Assembly: GCA_024281375.1 (NCBI GenBank)
Contig: JAJSAD010000052.1
Span: 3,140 to 67,139, forward strand
Source: Alphaproteobacteria bacterium
GTDB taxonomy: Bacteria > Pseudomonadota > Alphaproteobacteria > Caedimonadales > UBA9215
Length of the DNA: 64,000 bases
Direction: 5' to 3'
The notes under the pieces were generated by a model. It made no database searches. It was not told the DNA's origin and worked only from the letters and a program-made list of their open reading frames with translations. The number at the start of each line of letters is the position of its first letter. Position 1 is the first letter of the stretch. Of the stretch, positions 1 through 7,321 are shown piece by piece. A program made the position numbers and the translations under genes.

Positions 1-120
1 TCCGGTATTGCGGATGCGGATATTCCCGCGGCGATTACAGAGCAAAAGATTGCTGAAGTTATGGCTGAGTTGGCAAACATTGCTCAGGGTAAAGCGTTGC
101 AACAAAGCCAACAACTCTAG
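1..120 (+). CDS. 3' end of a flagellin-family gene (flagellin or hook-filament junction protein), 5'-truncated by window edge
   Basis: Frame 1 is open from the window edge to TAG at 118-120 and translates to SGIADADIPAAITEQKIAEVMAELANIAQGKALQQSQQL. The xDADxAxE...Q..A pattern resembles the C-terminal D0 helix of flagellin-family proteins. It lies directly upstream of flaG-fliD-fliS. Confidence 0.4.
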   Translation, partial: SGIADADIPAAITEQKIAEVMAELANIAQGKALQQSQQL

Positions 121-317
121 AAATTAGCTCAACAATCTTAAATTGAATGAGACCTAATTTCTAGATCGATAACAACGGCGTTGGCTCTGTAAAGGGTCGA
201 CGCCCTTATCGGATTAAAGGACTAAATAAAAAGACCCTTGATAATAAGGGATAGAATAAGAATAAAAACAAAAACAAAGTATTAAAAGAATTAAGCGAAA
301 GCTTAAGGGAGTTTAAA

Positions 318-644
318 ATGACTACTATTATAACCCCACCCCCCTCAGTTGTTGCCTATAGTGCAACACCTGTTGGAAGTCAAAAACAGACACGCACTCC
401 AGATTTGAAAACAGAGGTTGTACAAGCTGCTGTCCCCAAAGATTTAAGGGTGCAACAGGGGAAAGAAAAGCCTCGTGGAGATTTCCCCGAAACATATCGC
501 CGTACAGGGGCAGATGGAACGGACAGACTGGTTATGTTAAATGAAGAGGGTGTTAAGTCTGAAACACGCATACCAACGCCTTCACAAAAAATACAACTAT
601 TAACTGATATAAAAGCGTCACCAAAATTGGATCAAATAGCTTAA
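318..644 (+). CDS. flaG: FlaG-like flagellar protein
   Basis: 108-aa ORF preceded by GGGAG SD. The C-terminal LVMLNEEGVKSETRIPTPSQKIQLL resembles the FlaG motif (V.D..TGEVIRQIP.EE.L). Its position immediately upstream of fliD-fliS is typical for flaG. Confidence 0.5.
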   Translation: MTTIITPPPSVVAYSATPVGSQKQTRTPDLKTEVVQAAVPKDLRVQQGKEKPRGDFPETYRRTGADGTDRLVMLNEEGVKSETRIPTPSQKIQLLTDIKASPKLDQIA

Positions 645-702
645 TTTTTTTAAATCAAATTTTGATGACTTTTTAGTTTTATTCATCTATTCCAGTTTGA
701 CC

Positions 703-718
703 TGGCACGTCCTTTGCA
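703..718 (+). promoter_or_regulatory. sigma54 (RpoN) -24/-12 promoter upstream of fliD
   Basis: TGGCACgtcctTTGCA matches the consensus TGGCAC-N5-TTGCA exactly, 45 nt upstream of the fliD ATG. Flagellar late genes are RpoN-dependent in many alphaproteobacteria. Confidence 0.6.
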
Positions 719-762
719 TATGTATGATGGAATAACTATCGTTAAAAACAGGGATTAAAGTT

Positions 763-2826
763 ATGGGATCCATTGCCGCCTCTCAAATCACCAATATCGC
801 CCGAGATGAAAAAACTGGTACCATTAAAGCAGACATAAAAGCAGGTGGTTTTGATGCAGGTGCTTTACGTGATGCTGTCATTGCGGGCATTGAAGCCCAA
901 GAAATTCCCATCAAAGAACGCCTAGAAGTCACAGAAAAACGTCAAGAAGCTATGGCAGAAATCCAACTGGCTTTCATGGCACATCATGAATCCCTTAAGG
1001 ACCTTCGAGGGTCCTCCATTGTTGTTACAGAAAATGGGGTCTTTGGTTACACAAAAGCCGTTCTAGGCACCCACAAGAGTAACCCCACATCGGAATATTT
1101 CAGTGTTATGGTAGACCCTGGCATAGAACCTCAAAACCTAGATGTGGCTATCTTAAAAAAAGCCGACCGTGATGGTGTTCAAGCGGCAACGGGTGCCGTC
1201 GATCAGTCGACCACAGCTCTTGGCGTTATTGGGACCTTAACTTTCAAGCATATTGATGGAACCTCCCCTGATATTGTTTTTACTTTTGATGGGACGGAAA
1301 AGGCCGCTGATATTAAGGGTAAAATTAATGCTCAAAGTGCTTACACAGGCGTCATGGCCACTTTAATTCCAAGTGGGTCTACATTTGTCCTAAGCCTAGA
1401 TTCCAAATCATTTTCAACACCTGTCACCTATATCAAAAATATTACGGGGGGGGATGCGACCCTCATCCCAGAACCTCGTAACACGATTACGGCGGCAACG
1501 GCCCATGCGGATAGTACCGTTGATATGGGTCAAACAGGGGATTTAATTTTCAAGCATATAGACGGTGTGTCAGCTGATATTGTCATTAACCTAAATGGCA
1601 AGAGTGCCAATACTATTGTGGCTGATATTACGGCTCAAAATGCCCTCACAAATGTGACGGCCACCGTTGTTGGAAATAAAATTGTCTTTGATGCACTTGA
1701 CGGAAAAACACCCCCAACCTACACACACACGATCGTCGGGGACCCGACCCTCTTTCCAACGTCCTCCACAAAAACCATCTCAGACCTTCAAGCAGAAATG
1801 ATGGTGCAAGGGTTAAAGAGTAAACATAATGACAATACCGTTAAAATGATGGGAATGACTTTTTTGCTTTTCCAAGAAACCCAGAGCGACCCTAATGTCC
1901 CTGAGGCCGCGAGCATTAGTATTGAATATTCTCCCTCAGATGCTGCTGAGAAAATTGAAGCGTGGGCAGATACCCATAATGCTCTCTTGGATATCATTGA
2001 TAAATATACCACCACAGACATTGATCTCCTTGACCTGACCCAAGAGGAAAAGGAAAATCTTCAAATAGCCCTTTTAGCCTCCAATGCGACAGTAAAAGAA
2101 ATTGAACGCTTTGTCACAACGGCCGTTCAAAAAAAAATCGGAGGAACAAATACCGCTGATTTTGGCGTGAGTGTTGATAAGGGACGTATTATCATTGATG
2201 CCAAGAAAATGAATGAAACCCTCTTGAATGATATCGAAAAAGTAAAGAATTTCTTTGGTTTTTCTGAAACCTCGACCGACCCCAAATTTTCAACAAGTAG
2301 TCATCCGACAAATATTCAACCTGAACTCATTAGTAATAATGTGACGGTCGTTCTTTCAAAAGATGGGGCAGGTGTTCTTACAGCAACCTTTGATTATGTA
2401 GGAAGTACCGGTCCTGTTGCGGCTGTAAATATTGTTGAGGGCACTGGGTATATTAGCCTTGAAGGAGATCCTAACTCTAACTATTATAAAGATTTTAAAA
2501 TTTTCTATAGTGGCACTCTTAGTAATGGTCAAAGTGCGACCACAACCATGGTCTTTATCCAAGGCATTGCTGACCAAGGTATAGGCTATATTGATAGCGC
2601 CATCGCAGAAGATGGTACCTTTGACAAACAAAAAGAAGCCTATGATGACACTATTAAAAACCAACAAGAAAAAATTAATCGTATTCAAAAATCTGGCGCT
2701 AAAACCATTGAGGCTCTAGAAAAGAAATTAGCGGCAGCCATTGAAGCCATTCAATTAATATTATCCATTAGCAATCAAGTGCAGACTATGGAACGCATGG
2801 CTTATGCGAGTGCTATGGGTGGGTAA
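763..2826 (+). CDS. fliD: Flagellar filament capping protein FliD
   Basis: 687 aa. It has N- and C-terminal coiled-coil segments typical of FliD (C-terminal ...FDKQKEAYDDTIKNQQEKINRIQKSGAKTIEALEKKLAAAIEAIQ...). It also contains internal flagellin-IN-like repeats (TFKHIDGTSPDIV / IFKHIDGVSADIV) and sits in flaG/fliS context. Confidence 0.85.
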   Translation: MGSIAASQITNIARDEKTGTIKADIKAGGFDAGALRDAVIAGIEAQEIPIKERLEVTEKRQEAMAEIQLAFMAHHESLKDLRGSSIVVTENGVFGYTKAVLGTHKSNPTSEYFSVMVDPGIEPQNLDVAILKKADRDGVQAATGAVDQSTTALGVIGTLTFKHIDGTSPDIVFTFDGTEKAADIKGKINAQSAYTGVMATLIPSGSTFVLSLDSKSFSTPVTYIKNITGGDATLIPEPRNTITAATAHADSTVDMGQTGDLIFKHIDGVSADIVINLNGKSANTIVADITAQNALTNVTATVVGNKIVFDALDGKTPPTYTHTIVGDPTLFPTSSTKTISDLQAEMMVQGLKSKHNDNTVKMMGMTFLLFQETQSDPNVPEAASISIEYSPSDAAEKIEAWADTHNALLDIIDKYTTTDIDLLDLTQEEKENLQIALLASNATVKEIERFVTTAVQKKIGGTNTADFGVSVDKGRIIIDAKKMNETLLNDIEKVKNFFGFSETSTDPKFSTSSHPTNIQPELISNNVTVVLSKDGAGVLTATFDYVGSTGPVAAVNIVEGTGYISLEGDPNSNYYKDFKIFYSGTLSNGQSATTTMVFIQGIADQGIGYIDSAIAEDGTFDKQKEAYDDTIKNQQEKINRIQKSGAKTIEALEKKLAAAIEAIQLILSISNQVQTMERMAYASAMGG

Positions 2827-2842
2827 ATAGGAGAGAATAAAT

Positions 2843-3352
2843 ATGAATCTTTATAATAAAATTTATGGATCAATCCAAGAAAATATTCCTCAATTTAAAA
2901 ACCCTGAGGAAGCTCTTTCCTTTTATCTTGAAGGCGCCTCAAAACACTTAGCTAAGGCTGAACTTGCTGCCAAAGAAGAGCGTTTTGAAGATCGCTCTAA
3001 TCACAGTGATAGAGCATTACTTATTTTTAGTGGCATTCTGAGTCACCTTGAGCAATCCCCCCCAGAAGAAAAACAAGATGTGAAGGGCCTTATCGAGTAT
3101 TGTCGTGCGATGAATGATCTTATTATTCTTATGAATATAAAAAATGACTTGAAAATGGCAGAGAATCTCACTAAGGAAGTCAAAAAAATGGCACTATATT
3201 GGAAAGAGCGTTCTGATGCTGCGGTGGTAAATAGGACGGCCAATCAAGATGGAAACGTGAAGGTATTGCCAGATCAAAGCGTTACAATGCCTCATCCAAC
3301 GTCCCCTTATCCATCAACACAAGGGACCAAAACTGCTGATTTTTCTGCCTAA
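2843..3352 (+). CDS. fliS: Flagellar export chaperone FliS (with about 45-aa C-terminal extension)
   Basis: 169 aa, starting 17 nt after fliD. The four-helix pattern is FliS-like (PEEALSFYLEGASKHLAKAE...RALLIFSGILSHLEQS...LIEYCRAMNDLIILMNIKNDLKMAENLTKEVKKMALYW). Confidence 0.75.
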   Translation: MNLYNKIYGSIQENIPQFKNPEEALSFYLEGASKHLAKAELAAKEERFEDRSNHSDRALLIFSGILSHLEQSPPEEKQDVKGLIEYCRAMNDLIILMNIKNDLKMAENLTKEVKKMALYWKERSDAAVVNRTANQDGNVKVLPDQSVTMPHPTSPYPSTQGTKTADFSA

Positions 3353-3419
3353 AATTGAAGAAAAAAATTTGAAGGAAAAATCATTCTCGGAAGAAAAATG
3401 ACTTTTCCTCAAAAAAAAT

Positions 3420-3449
3420 TTGACAAATCAGAAAAAAATCCCATATATA
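3420..3449 (+). promoter_or_regulatory. sigma70-like promoter candidate (TTGACA-N17/18-TATATA) with no ORF downstream
   Basis: TTGACA at 3420-3425, then a 17-18 nt spacer, then ATATAT/TATATA at 3443-3449. The call rests on the sequence match only. Confidence 0.3.
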
Positions 3450-3817
3450 TAGTAGAAATGTTTTGGAAACTATTTTTCCGGGACTATGAGTTTGAAATAA
3501 AATATTTTTAGTGCGTCCTTCTTAGGATAATTATGCTTGAGTGTGTCGTGCGATTTCCCCTCATAACCTAGAAAATAAAACAGCCAATATAATCTTTGTT
3601 AAAAAGATTGTATGTCGAAATTTTGTGTGCCGTTTTTATGTAACCACAAGATATTTCACAAGTTTTGCACACGTTTTATACGTACCCCGGTCGCTTTATA
3701 AGCATTAAAAGGAGAGGGTAAATGTGCATCAAGAGACAGCCTGGCCGTCTTGGCCGATGAGTTTGAGGGGACACTAAGCTGAGACCCTTTTCCCCCCGGG
3801 GAACCGCCAGGTTGGGA

Positions 3818-3848
3818 AACCGGCCCTGTTTACAGGGTCGGTTTTTTT
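3818..3848 (+). terminator. Rho-independent terminator not attached to any ORF of 60 aa or more
   Basis: AACCGGCCCTG (3818-3828), loop TTTA, then CAGGGTCGGTT (3833-3843). This forms an 11-bp stem with one G-U pair, followed by TTTTT. It lies about 470 nt after the fliS stop and about 120 nt before the next gene. Confidence 0.7.
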
Positions 3849-3966
3849 ATTGTCTTAAGAGTTTGTGCAAAATCCTCAATGTTAAGTTTCGTTCTTAACA
3901 TTGTAATATTTTTATTGTTGATGTCATATAAATAATGTTGCCAATTAACAATTAAAGGATTTAACA

Positions 3967-5586
3967 ATGTTACAATACAAAAAATATTTTATGAAAGTTT
4001 TATTAGGATCTACAGCTCTTGCATCATCAATGAGCTTCGATGCGCTTGCTGCTTCTCAATTGCAAGTGGAGCAAAACGGATTCTTCGGCGGACTTTATAA
4101 ATTACCATCTTCAAAGCATCAATCTAATTTTGATCGTCTTGTTAATGCTAAAATAGATGTAGAAATTGCTCGTCAATTACAAGTTCAGGAAGATGCAAAG
4201 TTTGCCCGTGAACTCGCTCAAATCGAAGGTGATGCAGAATTTGCTCGTCAATTACAAGCTCAGGAAGATGTAAAGTTTGCCCGTGAACTCGCTCAAATCG
4301 AAGGTGATGCAGAATTTGCTCGTCAATTACAAGCTCAAGAAGATGTAAAGTTTGCTCAGTCACTTTCGGACTCTCCTGTAGAAAATATTGAAGCAAGTTT
4401 AACTCCTGTTGTTGTTGCGAAAGCTGACCCTAAGAGTGATCTTCTCTCTGAGATTCGTGGTTTCAACAATGCTGGTTTGAAAAAAGCACCTGCTATTGTT
4501 GCGAAAGCTGACCCTAAGAGTGATCTTCTCTCTGAGATTCAAGGCTTCAACACGGCTGGTTTGAAAAAAGCTCTTAAAGTTGAGCATCGCCCTTTACCTA
4601 TTGTTCCAGCGCTTTTGAAAAGAGATAATTTGAAAAAGGCTGATGAACGTGTGGTAGAAGAGCTGCCTAATCTAAACGCACATTCTGTAGAGGCTTTAGA
4701 GAAAATGCTTACAACACCGCAAAAGTCTTTTATGAAAAAGCATATCCAACAAATATTGGCGATGAAAAAGAACGCGGAAGAAGCTCAACAACGCATTCAA
4801 ATGGCTATTGCACAGAGCAAAAAAGAAGTAAAGCCTGACCTTACCCTTGAAAAACCTAAGAGTATTATGGAAGTCCTCGCCGAAAAGATTCAAAATGTTG
4901 GTCAGGTAAATACAGTAATAGCTCAGACAGCTGATCAAGCCATTGAGGCTCTAAAAGAGGCGGATATTGACGATTTAAATACTGACGCTAAAAACTTAGT
5001 TGCGACGGCCCTTAAGGAGAATGTTGATAAGTTATCTTGGTTTGTGTCACAATTCTATGATGTGGATGCTGGTTGGGAGTTTGATTTTGCCGAAGCTGAT
5101 GAGATCATGGCTGAAATGAAAAAAAGCGACGTTGTTGAAGACGATCTACCCGTAACTAACAAAAAAGTTAATGGCGTTGGGCGGTTGAATTTATCAGCGG
5201 ATGGTGGTTTGGATATTCTGTCACAAATTCGTAATGCACGTGGGGTTATTAAGGCGACAGTTGAAAGCGATAATGTAGCTGTCAATTTTAATAACACTCC
5301 CATTGTGAATGCTGATAAAGACGCAAGAGAAGAATTTACGTTCGTGGCGATTAAAACTACACAGCCAGCTAAAAAGGTTGTTGTGAAGATTTTAGATGAA
5401 GGTGAGAATAATACTGGAGGTCTTTTGGCAGCTATTCAAGGCTTTAAATTTGGAAACCTTAAGACTGTAGATGTTGATGAAATTGAAGTCGAGAAAATTC
5501 AAGAACCAACGAACCACTTTTTGAATGCAATGGCAGCACGTCGCGCCGCAATAGGTGGTGGTGATGATGAAAGTGAAGAGTGGTAA
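3967..5586 (+). CDS. Secreted WH2-repeat / WCA-domain protein (putative WASP- or RickA-like Arp2/3 nucleation-promoting factor)
   Basis: 539 aa with AAAGGA SD 8 nt upstream and an N-terminal Sec-type signal (MKVLLGSTALASSMSFDALA). Two near-identical WH2-like motifs are present: DLLSEIRGFNNAGLKKA and DLLSEIQGFNTAGLKKA. The C-terminus reads LLAAIQGFKFGNLKTV - HFLNAMAARRAAIGGG - DDESEEW, which is a WH2 + amphipathic C helix with RR + acidic tail with terminal Trp. Confidence 0.75.
   Translation: MLQYKKYFMKVLLGSTALASSMSFDALAASQLQVEQNGFFGGLYKLPSSKHQSNFDRLVNAKIDVEIARQLQVQEDAKFARELAQIEGDAEFARQLQAQEDVKFARELAQIEGDAEFARQLQAQEDVKFAQSLSDSPVENIEASLTPVVVAKADPKSDLLSEIRGFNNAGLKKAPAIVAKADPKSDLLSEIQGFNTAGLKKALKVEHRPLPIVPALLKRDNLKKADERVVEELPNLNAHSVEALEKMLTTPQKSFMKKHIQQILAMKKNAEEAQQRIQMAIAQSKKEVKPDLTLEKPKSIMEVLAEKIQNVGQVNTVIAQTADQAIEALKEADIDDLNTDAKNLVATALKENVDKLSWFVSQFYDVDAGWEFDFAEADEIMAEMKKSDVVEDDLPVTNKKVNGVGRLNLSADGGLDILSQIRNARGVIKATVESDNVAVNFNNTPIVNADKDAREEFTFVAIKTTQPAKKVVVKILDEGENNTGGLLAAIQGFKFGNLKTVDVDEIEVEKIQEPTNHFLNAMAARRAAIGGGDDESEEW
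4165..4359 (+). repeat. In-frame tandem repeat, 75-bp unit x 2.6 (25-aa unit FARQLQAQEDVKFARELAQIEGDAE)
   Basis: Unit starts at 4165, 4240 and 4315. Only a few substitutions distinguish the copies. Confidence 0.9.
4414..4581 (+). repeat. In-frame tandem repeat, 84-bp unit x 2 (28-aa unit VAKADPKSDLLSEI.GFN.AGLKKA...), each carrying a WH2-like motif
   Basis: GTTGCGAAAGCTGACCCTAAGAGTGATCTTCTCTCTGAGATTC occurs at 4414 and again at 4498. Confidence 0.9.
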
Positions 5587-5627
5587 AATTACCACCTATC
5601 AATGATGCCAAGACAATAACTTTAATC

Positions 5628-5657
5628 AAAGCCTCCGTCATCAACGGGGGCTTTTTC
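5628..5657 (+). terminator. Rho-independent terminator of the WH2/WCA gene
   Basis: GCCTCCG (5631-5637), 7-nt loop, then CGGGGGC (5645-5651) followed by TTTTT. The stem can extend into the flanking AAA/TTT. Confidence 0.6.
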
Positions 5658-5723
5658 TATGAGCTGCATTAGTATTTTATTAACTTTCTTTTGTTATGAT
5701 TTATATAATTATTATTGGTTTTT

Positions 5724-6761
5724 ATGATGAAAAAAGTTGTTTATGCCCTGTTATTTGTTTTGTGTTCCTTTTCCCTTAATGCTAGTGATTTAAAGTATAT
5801 AAAAAAAGTTAATCAATCTCTAGAAGCTCAACTTATTGCGAAAGGAAATGAGGTTATTCAAGCGATTTATTCCGGGAGTGATCTCTCTAAAATTAAAGTT
5901 CTCCCTCTCATTTCAACGCCTCCCAAGAAGAAAAAGAAAGGTTTTTTGAAAAAGTTAACAAAAGTAAATATCACATTGCTGGGAAAGAAAAGTAAAGCTA
6001 ATGAAATTCAAAAGGCCCTGAGGCGGGAATATTTAGCAAAAGTTGTTGCCGTGATTTGGAAAATATATGATGTAGGTAAGAAACAAGGTGTCACCGGTAG
6101 TAGCGTATCTTATAAAATTATTGACAATGGAAAGAAATTATATCTCTTTTTAAAAGGCTATGTAGATATGGCGAAATCTCATTCCAGCAGTTTTGCCTAT
6201 GATCGAAATCCTGCGAAGAAATTATCGAGCCACTATAAAGAAGAAAGCCCCGAGAGCCAGTTTGGTGTAGATATAAGGTTTTATGCAAATCAATCCTCTT
6301 TGTCTATTTTACCTCACAAGAAAAAACATCTTTTATTTGGACGTCTATATTTTCAAGGTGGCACATCACCTGATTTATTATTTGTTAAATTTGAAGAATA
6401 CGGCATTGGTGCTTTGTCAGAAAAAGTTGCCCATGGATTTAACTTTCTTAAGAATTTAGCACGTTCAAAAGCTGACCTTTCAAAAAAGAGGATTGAAAAA
6501 GTAATTTTACCTGCTATTGCAAAAAGGTACCTTGAAATTGTTGAAAAAGTCCCTAAAGAATTAAGAACAAAGTTCTTTCTGTCTAAACCTAAAAGTATTA
6601 AAACGATGCTTGAAAGTGTTCGAATATTAGCTCAAGAGAAACCCAATTTTCAAAGTAATGAAAAAAGATTTCTAGATTTTTTAAAGCAACAATATCCACA
6701 TGATGACACTTATATCAAATGGCGTTCTGGAAATGAAGTTATTATGAAACTGTCTAACTAG
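5724..6761 (+). CDS. Hypothetical secreted Lys-rich protein, no recognisable domain
   Basis: The track ORF starts at TTG 5715; ATG at 5724/5727 is the more likely start. Signal peptide MKKVVYALLFVLCSFSLNAS. It has a basic patch PPKKKKKGFLKKLTK. I recognise no family. Confidence 0.55.
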   Translation: MMKKVVYALLFVLCSFSLNASDLKYIKKVNQSLEAQLIAKGNEVIQAIYSGSDLSKIKVLPLISTPPKKKKKGFLKKLTKVNITLLGKKSKANEIQKALRREYLAKVVAVIWKIYDVGKKQGVTGSSVSYKIIDNGKKLYLFLKGYVDMAKSHSSSFAYDRNPAKKLSSHYKEESPESQFGVDIRFYANQSSLSILPHKKKHLLFGRLYFQGGTSPDLLFVKFEEYGIGALSEKVAHGFNFLKNLARSKADLSKKRIEKVILPAIAKRYLEIVEKVPKELRTKFFLSKPKSIKTMLESVRILAQEKPNFQSNEKRFLDFLKQQYPHDDTYIKWRSGNEVIMKLSN

Positions 6762-7287
6762 AAACGCCGCAAGCCTTACATATCGCCTTGTAAGCCTTAA
6801 GAGTACCAGCTAAAGAATAGGTATCTTTTGTGGCTGTTCCTCGAGCAGATTTTCCCTCTACAATCATCTCAGACCCTTTTTTGGTGATTTGATCGGTCAT
6901 CATGTTATCGGTTTTAGTATCTTGCCACCAAGCGACTTCCCCTTCTGTGAACATCTTCACAATCTTGTTTCCTCTGCTGGATTTTATAGTCACTTTTATT
7001 TCCCCAGCTTTTGGAAAGCAATATCCCGCATGAAGACTTAGAACATTTTTGCTATTGATTTTGGGGCGATGGGTGATCACTGCATAGACTTGACCGCGCT
7101 TTGTATATTTTCCTTCGCTTTTTTTAGCAAGGCTTACCATATAACAGATATCGCCTTTTTTATAAGCTTGCCAACTTCCATATTTCCCTAAATTTTTAGG
7201 GTCAGCAGCAAAGCTTGTTGATGAAAGCAATACCGTTATAAAAATTGCTGTGCTTAAAAAACGAAAAGAGGTCATGATTTTCTCCAT
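6754..7287 (-). CDS. Invasion-associated locus B (IalB) family periplasmic protein
   Basis: 177 aa with a signal peptide. The pattern GSWQAY..GDxCYMVS.AKK...R...YAVITHRP....vLS...GY.F......V.I.......MF....AWW.......M...I.KG..MIV.G.S.RGT...DTYSL.G...A...I...C matches alphaproteobacterial IalB-family proteins as I remember them. Confidence 0.55.
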   Translation of the reverse strand: MEKIMTSFRFLSTAIFITVLLSSTSFAADPKNLGKYGSWQAYKKGDICYMVSLAKKSEGKYTKRGQVYAVITHRPKINSKNVLSLHAGYCFPKAGEIKVTIKSSRGNKIVKMFTEGEVAWWQDTKTDNMMTDQITKKGSEMIVEGKSARGTATKDTYSLAGTLKAYKAICKACGVSS

Positions 7288-7321
7288 ACTGAAAATAAAT
7301 TACAATCCCAGTGTACTAAAA

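Noticed and set aside
200-260. A possible sigma28 (FliA) promoter, TAAA-N-CCTTGATAA, upstream of flaG.
   Set aside because: The spacing between TAAA and the GATAA-like -10 is about 18 nt rather than 15, and the -10 deviates from GCCGATAA. This is not convincing by eye.
3373-3409. A hairpin after fliS (AGGAAAAATCATT...AATGACTTTTCCT) considered as the fliS terminator.
   Set aside because: The stem is AT-rich, 13 bp with one mismatch, and is followed by an A-tract rather than a T-tract on the plus strand. It may still pause or terminate weakly, but I cannot support it as a canonical terminator.
3450-3848. The ORF-less unit tested as tmRNA, RNase P RNA, SRP RNA or a fluoride riboswitch.
   Set aside because: There is no T-loop/acceptor (GGTTCGA...CCA), no RNase P GAGGAAAGTCC box and no SRP GGAAGCAGC motif. 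A superficial GCCGATGAG / GCTGAGAC similarity to the crcB motif lacks the complementary P1 strand. The region is therefore left as an unclassified candidate.
4165-4581. Tandem direct repeats considered as a possible CRISPR array or minisatellite.
   Set aside because: The units of 75 and 84 bp are contiguous with no unique spacers. They are multiples of 3 and in frame within a long ORF, so they are protein-coding repeats.
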